This document shows, piece after piece, positions 10,233-20,378 of a stretch of DNA of 64,000 nt (positions within the stretch are counted from its first letter, which is position 1; each line of letters starts with the position of its first letter). The notes below the pieces were generated by a model. It had not been told where the DNA came from, did not search any database, and worked only from the letters and a program-made list of their open reading frames with translations. Source of the DNA: Candidatus Spongiisociaceae bacterium. GTDB taxonomy: Bacteria > Actinomycetota > Acidimicrobiia > Spongiisociales > Spongiisociaceae. Location: assembly GCA_965262915.1 (NCBI GenBank), contig OZ253564.1:3872001-3936000 (forward strand), written 5' to 3'. A program made the position numbers and the translations under genes.

Positions 10233-12593
10233 CTAAGCACCTCCACTCGCCGCTCGATCGATGAAACCCAGTACTCTCTCCGGCGTGAGCGGGAGTTCGT
10301 TGACGAACACTTTGCCGATAGGGCGGATGGCGTCCTGAACCGCCGCGGCCATGATGGCGTAGGGAGCGACCGCGCCGCCTTCTCCTACCCCTTTGATGCC
10401 GTTGGGACTGGTCGGTGAGAGAGTCTTGAGGTGGCTTATCTCGAATTTGGGCAACTCGGTCGGCCCGGGAATCAAGTAATCCATGAATGAGGTGGTCAGC
10501 AACTGGCCCTCCTCGTCGTAGATGAGCTCCTCGTATAACGCACCGCCGATACCTTGGGCGACGCCTCCGTGGATCTGGCCCTCGACAATGGTCGGGTTGA
10601 TCATCTGACCGCAGTCCTCGACGATGTGGTATTCGAGGATCTCCACCGCTCCGGTCTCGGCGTCGACCTCCACGAGGACGATCTGGGACGCATTGGCGTA
10701 CGTGCCGTGGCCCGAATCGAACGTCCCGGCCGCTTCCAGCAACGGACTCCATCCGAACGGGAACCGCTCGGGGTGGTAATAGGTGGCCCTCGCCACCTCC
10801 CCCACAGACAGCCCCCGGGTCCCGGACCCTCGAACGGTCACACGGCCGGCTACGAACTCGACATCCTCCGCCGCGGCTTCCATCAGGTGGGCGCCTCGTT
10901 CGAGCACCATCTCCTTGACCTCGCCCGACGCTATGTGCGCGGCTCCCCCGGCCACCACCGCCGAGCGGCTGGCGAAGGTACCGATACCCTGGGCCGTCTG
11001 CTGGGTGTCTCCGTAGAGGATCCGGATGTGCTCCATGGGGATCGTCAGCTGGTCGGCCACGATCTGGGCGATGGTTGTCTCGTGCCCCTGTCCATGGGAG
11101 TGGGTTCCGAGCTGCACGGTCGCCGAGCCGGACGGGTCAAGGCGGACGATGGCCGAGTCGTACCTGAAGTTGATCGGCACACCCTCGTCCACGGCCGGTG
11201 CGGTCTGCTCGATGAAGGTGACCACCCCGATGCCGAGGAGGCGTCCCTCCTCGCGGGCGAGGCGCTGGCGTTCCCGCATCCCTTCGTAATCGGCCTCGGT
11301 ACGCACCTTGTCCAGCGACTCGATGAGGCTCGCATTGTCATATACGAAACCCGTCGCGGACGTGTACGGGAACTCCTCGTCCCGGATCAGGTTACGTCGC
11401 CGCACCTCGACGGGGTCCATGCCGAGAGCATCCGCCACCGCGTCCATCGCCCGTTCGACCGTCAGGCAGTTCGCAGAACGGGCTACCCCCCGGTAGGCGC
11501 CGTACGGGCACTTGTTGGTGGCGACTCCGGCTGCCTCGCATCGGAAGTTCCTTATCCGGTACGGCCCGGGCATGATGAACAGCGACATCCCCGGATCCAG
11601 GGCGGCCGTCCACGGATACACCGAGTAGGCGCCACAATCGACCGTCACCCGCGCGCTCAGGGCCAGAACCTCCCCCTCCTCGGAATAGGCCACCCTGGCG
11701 TTGTGGTAATGCTCCCGGGAGTGGAAACACGCGAGCATGTGCTCCCGCCGGTCCTCGATCCACCGGACCGGACACCTTGCCTCCATGGCAAGCACGCATA
11801 CGGCGACCACTTCGGGGTCCAGGTGTGACTTAGGCCCGAAGCCGCCGCCCACGTCGGGGGCGATCACCCGTATCCGATTCTCCGGCATGTCGAAGCAGAC
11901 GGCGAGTTCACTTCTGATCATGTGAGGGATCTGGGTTGCGTTCCACAAGGTGAGCACCCGTTCGATGGGGTCGTAGCTGGCAATGCAGCCCCGGCCTTCC
12001 ATCGGGATGCCGCCGTGACGCCGGGTCGCGACTTCGAACTCCACCACCCCGTACGCATCGGCAAACGCCTGATCGGGATCGCCCGACACGAGCCGGTCCT
12101 TGTAGAAGTAATTGTCCTTCCATCCCTCATGGAGAGGCGCGGCCGTAGGCTGCTGAGCCGCCTCCACCGACGGGAGCGGGGTGAGCGGCTCGTAGTCAAC
12201 GTCGACCAAGGCTGCACCATCCTCGGCGAGGTACCGGTCGTCGGCCGCAACCACCGCCACCGCCTCACCGACGTACCGAACCCGGTCAATGGCCAGGGCG
12301 GGGTATTCCGAGCTTTGCCAGCCTTCGGCGATCGCGTCGCAGACCGTGGGTTTGACCCGACCCACCAAGTCCTGCCCGTGCAAGGCGGCCACCACTCCCG
12401 GAACCGCCAAAGCCTCCGAGACATCGACCGAGGTGATCTCGGCATGGGCGAAAGGGCTCCGTACGAAAGCGGCGTCGATCATCCCCGGCAGCTCGATGTC
12501 CTCGATGTAGCGGGCCTTGCCCATCAGAAAACGGGGGTCTTCGACCCGCCGGACCCGGGCACCGAGCAGGGTCGGCTGCTTGGCGTATGTCAT
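10233..12593 (-). CDS. Xanthine dehydrogenase family molybdopterin-binding subunit (L1)
   Basis: RRVEDPRFL, VGGGFGPK, active-site loop AYRGVAR, HGQGHET, GTFASRS, KGVGEGG. Confidence 0.93.
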   Translation of the reverse strand: MTYAKQPTLLGARVRRVEDPRFLMGKARYIEDIELPGMIDAAFVRSPFAHAEITSVDVSEALAVPGVVAALHGQDLVGRVKPTVCDAIAEGWQSSEYPALAIDRVRYVGEAVAVVAADDRYLAEDGAALVDVDYEPLTPLPSVEAAQQPTAAPLHEGWKDNYFYKDRLVSGDPDQAFADAYGVVEFEVATRRHGGIPMEGRGCIASYDPIERVLTLWNATQIPHMIRSELAVCFDMPENRIRVIAPDVGGGFGPKSHLDPEVVAVCVLAMEARCPVRWIEDRREHMLACFHSREHYHNARVAYSEEGEVLALSARVTVDCGAYSVYPWTAALDPGMSLFIMPGPYRIRNFRCEAAGVATNKCPYGAYRGVARSANCLTVERAMDAVADALGMDPVEVRRRNLIRDEEFPYTSATGFVYDNASLIESLDKVRTEADYEGMRERQRLAREEGRLLGIGVVTFIEQTAPAVDEGVPINFRYDSAIVRLDPSGSATVQLGTHSHGQGHETTIAQIVADQLTIPMEHIRILYGDTQQTAQGIGTFASRSAVVAGGAAHIASGEVKEMVLERGAHLMEAAAEDVEFVAGRVTVRGSGTRGLSVGEVARATYYHPERFPFGWSPLLEAAGTFDSGHGTYANASQIVLVEVDAETGAVEILEYHIVEDCGQMINPTIVEGQIHGGVAQGIGGALYEELIYDEEGQLLTTSFMDYLIPGPTELPKFEISHLKTLSPTSPNGIKGVGEGGAVAPYAIMAAAVQDAIRPIGKVFVNELPLTPERVLGFIDRAASGGA

Positions 12594-13105
12594 GCGGTCC
12601 CCCCCGCCGGGGAGGGTCTCGCCATCCGTTCAGCCGCCGCCTTCACCGAGTCGACGATGAATACGTACCCGGTGCACCGGCAGAGGTTGCCCGCAAGAGC
12701 TTCCCTTATCTCGGCCTCCGAAGGGTCCGGGTTCTCCTCCAGGAGGGCCTTGGCGGTGAGCACCATGCCGGGCGTGCAGAAGCCGCACTGCAAACCGTGG
12801 TGGTCCCAGAAGGCCTGCTGAACGGGATGCAGATGATCGGGATCGCTAGCCAACCCTTCGATCGTTTGGATTTCGGCCCCGTCAGCCTGCACGGCGAACG
12901 TCAGGCAGGATCGTACCGTCTCGCCGTCGATCACCACCGTGCAGCTCCCGCAAACACCGTGCTCGCATCCGAGATGTGTCCCGGTCAGGCCCAGGTTCCG
13001 GCGCAGGAAGTCGGCAAGCAGCAGGCGTGGTTCGACAATGGCCCGGTGCATGCGTCCGTTCACGGTGAGGCTGATGGCCACATCCTGTTGGACCGGATCA
13101 ACCAT
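12590..13105 (-). CDS. (2Fe-2S)-binding small subunit (CoxS-like)
   Basis: GCEHGVCGSCTV, QCGFCTPG, NLCRCTGY. Confidence 0.95.
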   Translation of the reverse strand: MVDPVQQDVAISLTVNGRMHRAIVEPRLLLADFLRRNLGLTGTHLGCEHGVCGSCTVVIDGETVRSCLTFAVQADGAEIQTIEGLASDPDHLHPVQQAFWDHHGLQCGFCTPGMVLTAKALLEENPDPSEAEIREALAGNLCRCTGYVFIVDSVKAAAERMARPSPAGGTA

Positions 13106-13973
13106 GCTTCAACTCCGGTCGGCCCACCGCCTCTTGAAGCGCTCTGCGGGTCAGGGTCAGAACCAGCCGACGCCGGTAGTCGGCTGATCCGTGGATATCC
13201 GACATCGGGTCGACGGTCTCCCCCGCGGCGACCGCGGCGGACTCGATGGTCTCATCGTCGGGGGAGGAACCGACGAGCACTCGCTCCGCTGCGAGAGCGC
13301 GCCTGGGAGTGGCTTCCACTCCCCCCAACCCGATCCTGGCCGAGGTCACCCGACCGGCACCGATCCTCAGGACGGCCGCCACCATCACCACGGCGAAGTC
13401 TCCCACCTTCCGAGCGAACTCCTTGAAGCCCCACCGCTCATCGGGACGGATCCGGGGGACCTGCACGGATGACACTATCTCGTCGGGAGCAAGCGTCGTG
13501 GTCATGTGATCCAGAAAGAACTCATCCGCACCAATGGTCCGCCCTCCGTTGGCCCCCACCGCGTGGATATCCGCTCCCAGAGTGACGGCTACACAGGGGA
13601 GTTCGGAGGCCGGGTCGGCATGGGCCAGGCTCCCGCCCATCGTTCCCCGGTATCGGATCGCCCGGTAACCGATATGGCCCGCCGCGTGGCTGAGCAGGGG
13701 CGCTCCACTCATGATCCGAGGCGAAGTCGCCACCGTGTGGTGTCGCGTCATGGCCCCGATTGTCAGATGGTCGTCGTCAGACTTCACGAAGGCGAGCTCG
13801 TCCACCCGGTTGAGGTCCACCAGCACCGCAGGCCGGGCCAGCCGCAGGTTCATGAGCGGGACCAGGCTCTGCCCGCCGGCGAGCAACTTGGCCTCGTATC
13901 CGTGCTCATCGAGCAGGAAGATCGCCTCCTCCAAGGTTCGGGGAGCAAAATATGCGAACTCGGCCGGTTTCAT
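13098..13973 (-). CDS. FAD-binding medium subunit (CoxM-like)
   Basis: MKPAEFAY, AGGQSLVPLMNLRLARP, RGTMGGSLAHADP. Confidence 0.95.
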   Translation of the reverse strand: MKPAEFAYFAPRTLEEAIFLLDEHGYEAKLLAGGQSLVPLMNLRLARPAVLVDLNRVDELAFVKSDDDHLTIGAMTRHHTVATSPRIMSGAPLLSHAAGHIGYRAIRYRGTMGGSLAHADPASELPCVAVTLGADIHAVGANGGRTIGADEFFLDHMTTTLAPDEIVSSVQVPRIRPDERWGFKEFARKVGDFAVVMVAAVLRIGAGRVTSARIGLGGVEATPRRALAAERVLVGSSPDDETIESAAVAAGETVDPMSDIHGSADYRRRLVLTLTRRALQEAVGRPELKHG

Positions 13974-13987
13974 ATGGAGATCTCCGC

Positions 13988-14890
13988 CTAGGAGTGTCTG
14001 TCGAGGCTTCGCAGGGTGGCGACGGAATGGGCCGCCAGCACCGCGACGAGGATGAGCCCGCCCACGACCGTAGGGAGGGCCGGTACCTCATCGACGACCA
14101 TCCAGACCCACAAGGCCCCGAGCACTGTCTCGAGCAGGAGGAACAGGGCCACTTCGGCAGCAGGGATGAACCTCGGTCCGGTGGCTATGAGGCCGAAAGC
14201 TATCGGTACGACAAAGAGGCCGAGGGCGATGAGATACATCCAGTCCTGGGAACCGGCGGACGCCGGATGGGAGGCCGGCAAGCCCACGAGAGCCGCCAAC
14301 CCTGCTCCTAAGGCCACCGCCGGGACCATATTCAGCGTAGGATTGGCCCTCAGCACCACCAGCGTCCCGCCGATGGCTGCTGACGCGATCAGACCGGCAA
14401 TAGTGCCCGAGAGGTCACCCTCTACCAGCGATCCGAGCATGATGATCAACGTAGCCACCGCTCCCCCTGCGATAGCCAGCCAAGTGCGTCTCGGAACCGC
14501 CTCCCGCAGCACGATGCGGGTGAACAGGCCGGCGAACAGCGGGCTGAGGCTGATAAGGAGAAGGGTGTTCGCCACCGAAGTGTGGGTGATCGAATAGATG
14601 AACCCGACGTTGTCGATCGCAAACAGCACTGCTGCGAGGACCCCGGCCAGGCCCATCGAGCGCAGTTGGCCCCTCCACTTTCCCCGCTCCACCACCAGAA
14701 AGAACACGAAGAGGCCCGGGGACGCGAGCAGGCCTCGCAAGAAGAGCAGCGTCCACGGATCGACCTCGATCAACCGGATCAGAACGCCTTCGACGCTGAG
14801 AACCAGAACCCCGATGAACGTGATCAGCAACCCGAACCCCGCAGGTGACAGACCCCGGTACGGCTGCCGTTGGGAGGGCTTAGCCGTCAT
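13988..14890 (-). CDS. DMT/EamA family transporter
   Basis: Hydrophobic; TSVANTLLLISLSPLFAG, GPRFIPAAEVALFLLLE; start uncertain (14890 or 15019). Confidence 0.85.
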   Translation of the reverse strand: MTAKPSQRQPYRGLSPAGFGLLITFIGVLVLSVEGVLIRLIEVDPWTLLFLRGLLASPGLFVFFLVVERGKWRGQLRSMGLAGVLAAVLFAIDNVGFIYSITHTSVANTLLLISLSPLFAGLFTRIVLREAVPRRTWLAIAGGAVATLIIMLGSLVEGDLSGTIAGLIASAAIGGTLVVLRANPTLNMVPAVALGAGLAALVGLPASHPASAGSQDWMYLIALGLFVVPIAFGLIATGPRFIPAAEVALFLLLETVLGALWVWMVVDEVPALPTVVGGLILVAVLAAHSVATLRSLDRHS

Positions 14891-15252
14891 GCAGGCTCCG
14901 GAGGGAACGTGGTTCGGGTTGCCGAGACCCGAACCCGATGGTTGTGTGGGTGGGGTATCCGGCTCGGGCCGGACCGAACCGGTCGGGATGGTTCCGGTAC
15001 ATGGCTCGGGTTGGTTCAAGTCCTGCTCGACACCGAGCAGCAGACAGTTTGTGGGTCATCTGGGCAGCCGTTCGACTAGACCATCCGGAGGATAACCCTT
15101 CGCCGGCGAGCCGAGTGCCCGGTGGGCACCTTCCTTGGAACCATCAACCGGGTCTGGAGATCCATTGCGAACCACCTCGGCCCGCTTGTGCAGATCGCGA
15201 AACTCGCCGCGACCGACCGCGCGCCCACGGACGATTCGGGACGCGACTAGGC

Positions 15253-15588
15253 CTACAGCAGAGCGCGGACGGCTCCGCGCAGCCCGGCCAGAGCGAGGAA
15301 GAGGGCAGTCTGCTGGCCGCTCGCCGTCGTGTGGTCACGTATTTTGAGGCTGTGGGTGTATTCGGACAGGGCGAACCGGAGATACTGGACCTCACCCGAA
15401 ACAGGATCGGGCCATTCGGTGACCTCTTCCAGCGTCAAGCGTGCCTCTTCCAGGGCGGGAAGAGCCATGTCGAGCCCCACGCCAGGTGAGTCCCACCGGA
15501 GCTTGTAGACGCTCGCCTTGTAGATCTGAAGGTCGATGTCGGTCACGGCCGCCCACAGCAGCGCCTTGTATCCTTTGCCGATCGTCAT
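15253..15588 (-). CDS. Hypothetical protein (111 aa) immediately downstream of ubiD-like gene 1
   Basis: RBS GGGAGG before ATG 15588; 34 nt after the UbiD stop; helical-looking sequence. Confidence 0.6.
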   Translation of the reverse strand: MTIGKGYKALLWAAVTDIDLQIYKASVYKLRWDSPGVGLDMALPALEEARLTLEEVTEWPDPVSGEVQYLRFALSEYTHSLKIRDHTTASGQQTALFLALAGLRGAVRALL

Positions 15589-15622
15589 GCCAACCCTCCC
15601 GGTGTGATCGCGTTGCCCGCAG

Positions 15623-17029
15623 TCATGTTCCGTCCACGGACCGCCACTCGGTGAGGTAGTCCGAGAGATCCATATCCTCCCAGACATCCCTCGGGACATC
15701 CGCACGTTCCTCGAACGGAGCCTCGACCGGTTTCGTGGCGTCGATGGCCCACTTGGTGTTCATGGTGTCCTTCTCCCAGCGGCTCCAGATCGAGTACGAG
15801 GCAGGATCGAGCCGCGAGGTCGCGGACTCGGGAACGAAGAACGTGGAGCGATCCGGCTGGGTCCTGGTGGCGATGGCCCACAGAACCTCGGCGTCGTTGT
15901 GGATGTCGACATCCTCGTCGACGACAACCGCGAGCTTCACGAAGGGATCCGACGAGAGCGCCGCCAAGGCAGCGAGCTTGCCCGCTCCGTCGTACTCCTT
16001 GCATATCCGGACGTACGCGTGGAACCGGCATATACCGGACATCGGCATCGCCACGTCGATGACCGACGGGACGGCGGCCTTGACCCTCTTGTAGAGAACC
16101 GACTCCCTCCCGAGCCGCCCGGTGAGGTTGTGCTCCGGGTGCGCCGCGAAGAGATGGTGGAAGATCGCATCCTTGCGATGGGTGATGGCGGTCACCTCCA
16201 TCACGGGGCTCGGGCGCTCCAGCCCGTAGTACCAGGTGAACTCGCCGTAGGGACCCTCACCGATGCGCTCGTGGGGAAGGATCCGACCCTCTATCACCAC
16301 CTCGGCGTGGGCGGGAACCAGCACGTCCACCGTCTTGGCCATGGTGACCGCCAAAGGCTCTTTGAGCAGCCCGCCCATGACCTCGTACTCGTCCTCGCCG
16401 AAGGGGATCTTCGACTGGCAGCCCAGCAGGCAGGCCGGGTGATGACCGATCCAGGTCACCACCTCCAGCGGCTCGCCCCGTGCCTCGAAGGGCCGATGCA
16501 CCTGGCCGATGTGGGTGTGCTTCTCGTAGCTCATGCCCAGCGTATTGCGGGAGTGGACCATCATCCGGTAGATGCCGGAGTTGAAATTGTCGGTTCCGGG
16601 ATGCCGGACGGTGGTGATACCCGCGCTGATGAAGGGCCCGGAGTCCTTCCCGCAGTTGGTCACTATGGGGACCTCATGGAGGTTCACGTCCTCGGCCGGG
16701 ATGACAACGTCGTGGACCGGTCCCGTGTCGACCACCTCATAGGGAATGCGGGCGTCCTCCCGGTCGATATAAGCCTTCGTCATCTCGGTGGGCGTAGTCT
16801 CGAGCGCCTCGGCCAGCAAGGCGGCACTGCCCAAGACGTTGGAGATCGTTCGTAGCTTCGATCCCTCCACAGATTCGAAGAGCACCGCCGGGTAGCGGCC
16901 CTCCGACTGCAGTTTCCGCAGCACCCCGGGGAGTTCGAATAGCGGACTGACCGGCCGTGAGACACGAACCAACTCGGATGGAGCGTTCGTCTCGACACGC
17001 TTGAGGAAACTCCTCAGGTCCTTGGCCAC
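15623..17029 (-). CDS. UbiD family prFMN-dependent (de)carboxylase 1
   Basis: KDLRSFL, NSGIYRM, EGPYGEFTWYY, VVVDEDVD, VLWAIATR, IDATKP; GTG start after GGAGGGAG. Confidence 0.93.
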   Translation of the reverse strand: MAKDLRSFLKRVETNAPSELVRVSRPVSPLFELPGVLRKLQSEGRYPAVLFESVEGSKLRTISNVLGSAALLAEALETTPTEMTKAYIDREDARIPYEVVDTGPVHDVVIPAEDVNLHEVPIVTNCGKDSGPFISAGITTVRHPGTDNFNSGIYRMMVHSRNTLGMSYEKHTHIGQVHRPFEARGEPLEVVTWIGHHPACLLGCQSKIPFGEDEYEVMGGLLKEPLAVTMAKTVDVLVPAHAEVVIEGRILPHERIGEGPYGEFTWYYGLERPSPVMEVTAITHRKDAIFHHLFAAHPEHNLTGRLGRESVLYKRVKAAVPSVIDVAMPMSGICRFHAYVRICKEYDGAGKLAALAALSSDPFVKLAVVVDEDVDIHNDAEVLWAIATRTQPDRSTFFVPESATSRLDPASYSIWSRWEKDTMNTKWAIDATKPVEAPFEERADVPRDVWEDMDLSDYLTEWRSVDGT

Positions 17030-17405
17030 GAAACACTCCCTCCCTCGTATGCGGGTTGCCGGACGGATGCTAGCCCACGGAAGTCGGCCCCGTTGCGCGC
17101 CTCCGAACTCCTGCCGGAGCAGCACCGAACATCAATGATCCTCATTACCTACCTATCAATCGCCCTCCGACTGATCCGACAACAGGATGGCCCGAGACAA
17201 CCACCCGACCGCCTGCTACCCCGACATGGCGAGAATCACCCGGACAAGGCACCCGGCGAGGAGCCAATCCGTCAACGGAGACACCCGCGCGCGGCTGCCC
17301 GCTCTTGTGAGGGTCCCCGAATGGGTGCTCACCTTGGGGGAACAGAGCATGCGACGATTCATGAGTTGACATCGATTACCAGGTGTTTCCCGATCTGCGG
17401 CCGGA

Positions 17406-17557
17406 TAGGGCTAACGACAGGAGCGATCGACCTCCGCCTATCGCCCGTGTAGTCATTTCGAGGCGGCTGCTGGTCGAGAAACCCCAGGTCATCGCGGGCG
17501 GCTCTTGAAATGTCGCAACCCGTGTCTCCCCAGGTGAGCACCTATCCGCTAGCCCTC
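17406..17557. mobile_element. Degenerate MITE-like element, family A, copy 4
   Basis: Right end CCCCAGGTGAGCACCTATCCGCTAGCCCTC-TAAG matches copy 2; left end AGGGCTAACGACAGG is eroded. Confidence 0.65.
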
Positions 17558-17628
17558 TAAGATGCTTGATCACCGAACATCGCACCACGACATCTCGAGT
17601 CCTTCCGCCCATCGAGGGGAGCAAATAG

Positions 17629-18723
17629 GTGACCATCATCGAGAACCGCAAGCGCGAACACATCGAGCTGGCGCTCTCGGAAGGTTCTCAGAGTCGTTGC
17701 TCCGCACTCTGGGAGGATGTTCGCCTCGTACCCGAGTCCGTACCGGATATCGGCCCGACCGACGTGGATCTCTCCGTCGAGTTCCTCGGCCATCGGCTGT
17801 CCACCCCGCTCGTGATCAGCGGGATGACGGGAGGACACGCGCGAGCGCTCGAGATCAACCGGAATCTGGCGGTGGCAGCCGAGGAGTTGGGGCTCGCGAT
17901 CGGGGTCGGCAGCCAGCGGGCTGCCTTGGCGAACCCGAACCTTATCGACACCTACTCGGTCATACGCACTCGGGCTCGCGGAGCGTTTGTCATCGGCAAC
18001 ATCGGCATGAGCCAACTGGTAGGCCAGAACGGCGATCCGCCGCTGGGCAGGGCAGAGATCGAACAGGCGGTGTCCATGATCGATGCCGACGCACTAGCCG
18101 TCCATCTGAATGCGGTCGAAGAACTCATACAGCCTGAAGGCGACCGGAACATGAGAGGGCTAACCGCCGGGATCGGCAACGCCGTGCGGTGGTCACCCGT
18201 TCCTGTCATCGGCAAGGAAACGGGTGCCGGCATGGCGAGAGAGTCGGCCACCAAGCTTGCCGCAACGGGTGTGGCAGCCCTCGATGTCGGAGGCGCAGGA
18301 GGTACGAGCTTCGCCCGGATCGAGGCCCTCCGTGCGCAGGCGGTGGACGACACGACCGGTGTAAGGATCGGACGGACCTTCGCCGACTGGGGGCTTCCCA
18401 CCGTGCTTTCGCTCCTCGAGGCGGGATCGGCGGGACTGCCGTTGATCGGTACGGGCGGGGTACGCAACGGACTCCATGCCGCCAAGGCCATGGCCCTGGG
18501 TGCATCTCTCGTCGGAATGGGCGGCCCCTTCATTCGAGCTGCGCTCACGGGCCCCGAAGCTGTCATCGCAGAGGGGCGGCTGGTGCTCGAAGAACTCAGA
18601 GTGGCGATGGTCCTGACGGGTGCGAGGGACATCGCTTCGCTTCGTGGGATGCAACCCGTGCTGGTGGGGAGGGTGGCGGAATGGCTCGCCTCGAGGCGCA
18701 GGACCGGCTCATCAGGATCATGA
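17629..18723 (+). CDS. fni: Type 2 isopentenyl-diphosphate delta-isomerase (FMN-dependent)
   Basis: RKREHI, ISGMTGG, GVGSQR, GNIG, HLNAVEELIQPEGDRN, KETGAG, GAGGTSF, GGVRNG. Confidence 0.93.
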   Translation: MTIIENRKREHIELALSEGSQSRCSALWEDVRLVPESVPDIGPTDVDLSVEFLGHRLSTPLVISGMTGGHARALEINRNLAVAAEELGLAIGVGSQRAALANPNLIDTYSVIRTRARGAFVIGNIGMSQLVGQNGDPPLGRAEIEQAVSMIDADALAVHLNAVEELIQPEGDRNMRGLTAGIGNAVRWSPVPVIGKETGAGMARESATKLAATGVAALDVGGAGGTSFARIEALRAQAVDDTTGVRIGRTFADWGLPTVLSLLEAGSAGLPLIGTGGVRNGLHAAKAMALGASLVGMGGPFIRAALTGPEAVIAEGRLVLEELRVAMVLTGARDIASLRGMQPVLVGRVAEWLASRRRTGSSGS

Positions 18724-18747
18724 CCGAGGGGAAACGAGGGAGGCCGG

Positions 18748-19221
18748 ATGTCACGGATTGAAGACAGCGAGCTCAGCCCCGACCTGATGGATCTGCTCGA
18801 CGGAACCGACCTTGACAGCAAAGTGGGCGAGACCGTTCTCCTCCTGACCGTCAGCGAGACCGGCTGGCCCCACCTTGCCATGCTGAGCGTCGGCGAGTTG
18901 CTCGCTGTGCAGCCCGACGAGGTGCGGATCGCTCTGTGGTCCGGCACCCGAACCGGCAACAACCTGCGCCGCACCTCCAAGGGAACTCTGGCCCTCGTAC
19001 ACGGCGGCGCCGGCCACTACATCGAACTGCAGGTAACCGATGCGGGAACTCTCGAAGTCGGCAGCAAGGCCCTGGACTCCTTCTCCTGCAGCGTGACGAA
19101 GGTCCTCTCCGACGTCGTGGGCTACGCGAAGCTGACCACCGGCATCCGTTTCGAGCTTCCCCGACGGGAAGCTGTGGTACCTCGTTGGGAACGCACCGTG
19201 GCGGCAATGCGGACCGCCTGA
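18748..19221 (+). CDS. Pyridoxamine-5'-phosphate-oxidase-like FMN split-barrel protein, PhdC/YclD-like (candidate prFMN maturase)
   Basis: LLTVSETGWPHLAMLSVGE, RIALWSGTRTGNNLRR, YAKLTTGIRF; resemblance to YclD/PhdC recognised by eye. Confidence 0.72.
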   Translation: MSRIEDSELSPDLMDLLDGTDLDSKVGETVLLLTVSETGWPHLAMLSVGELLAVQPDEVRIALWSGTRTGNNLRRTSKGTLALVHGGAGHYIELQVTDAGTLEVGSKALDSFSCSVTKVLSDVVGYAKLTTGIRFELPRREAVVPRWERTVAAMRTA

Positions 19222-19442
19222 CGATTGACCTTCCCACCCGCCCGTGAGGTAGAAACAGAAAGAGGGCCGGCCCCGGACGCCGCACTTCGATACCTCCTCT
19301 TGCCGGTGGTCGGAGTTCGTCGGGGCTGGTCGACGACGTGTACAACATCGGACCCATCTATCCGTCGGACAGCCCACGCTCAATCCGGACAGATCGCGAA
19401 AACCGCCGCGCTAGTCCTCGACCTCAGGCCCACAGCCCCGGC

Positions 19443-20222
19443 CTACTCCCGGAGTCCGGCCCGAATCTCGTTGACCAGACGGAAGAAGCGGTCGTCTTCG
19501 CGCGTCCGCTCATCCCTCGGATGCGGCAGATCGATGTGTCTGTCGAGAACTATCTTGCCGGGCCTCGGACTCATCACCAGGACGCGGTTGGAGAGGAACA
19601 CGGCCTCGGGAATCGAATGCGTGATGAAGAGGATTGTGGTGTGGGTGGTTTCCCAGATCCGTTGCAGTTCGGCATTCATACGTTCTCTCGTGATCTCGTC
19701 CAGAGCACCGAAGGGCTCGTCCATCAGCAAGATGTCGGGGTTGAACGAGAGGGCACGGGCGATCGACACCCGCTGCTGCATACCACCCGAGAGCTGCCAG
19801 GGGCTCTTGCGAGCAAAGTCGTCGAGGGCGACCAACTCCAGCATCTCCGTAGCGCGGCGACGACGCTCGGCCCGGCTGAGGCTCATCACCTCCAGGGGAA
19901 GCTCGACGTTTCGTCGAACCGAACGCCATGCATACAGCACGGGGTTCTGGAAGACCACGCCGATGGCCCGGCTCTGCCTGGCTTCCCGAGCGCTCTGGCC
20001 TGCCACCCTGATCGACCCGGACGACGGAGGCAACAGGTCGGCTATCAGTCTGAGCATGGTCGACTTGCCACATCCCGAAGGTCCGACGATCGAGACGAAC
20101 TCGTTCTGCCCGACTGAGAACGAGATGTCCTCCACCGCGACGACAGCATCGTAGGTTTTACCGAAGCGCTTGGTGACATCGCGCACCTCTATGGCGTGAG
20201 CAACATTGTCAACTGTGGCCAT
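19443..20222 (-). CDS. NitT/TauT family ABC transporter ATP-binding protein
   Basis: GPSGCGKST, LSGGMQQRVSIARAL, MDEPFGALD, ITHSIPEAVFLS. Confidence 0.93.
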   Translation of the reverse strand: MATVDNVAHAIEVRDVTKRFGKTYDAVVAVEDISFSVGQNEFVSIVGPSGCGKSTMLRLIADLLPPSSGSIRVAGQSAREARQSRAIGVVFQNPVLYAWRSVRRNVELPLEVMSLSRAERRRRATEMLELVALDDFARKSPWQLSGGMQQRVSIARALSFNPDILLMDEPFGALDEITRERMNAELQRIWETTHTTILFITHSIPEAVFLSNRVLVMSPRPGKIVLDRHIDLPHPRDERTREDDRFFRLVNEIRAGLRE

Positions 20223-20378
20223 CAGCCCATCCTCCGGCTATGCCCGGCTTCTCGACCGAGGTGGTTGCCGGCCACCTCGCAACCCGGATCGGTAACAATG
20301 TAGCCGCGGTCCGCTCCCCGGTCGTGTCGCCTCATCTGGAAGCTGCTGCGGTAGCCACGCCGGCGCCATTGCGATCTA

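Noticed and set aside
15623-18723. Archaeal-type modified mevalonate pathway (UbiD-family anhydromevalonate phosphate decarboxylase, UbiX and IDI-2)
   Set aside because: No AcnX-type dehydratase, mevalonate kinase, isopentenyl phosphate kinase or HMG-CoA genes are in the window, and the context is catabolic. Not fully excluded without UbiD phylogeny.
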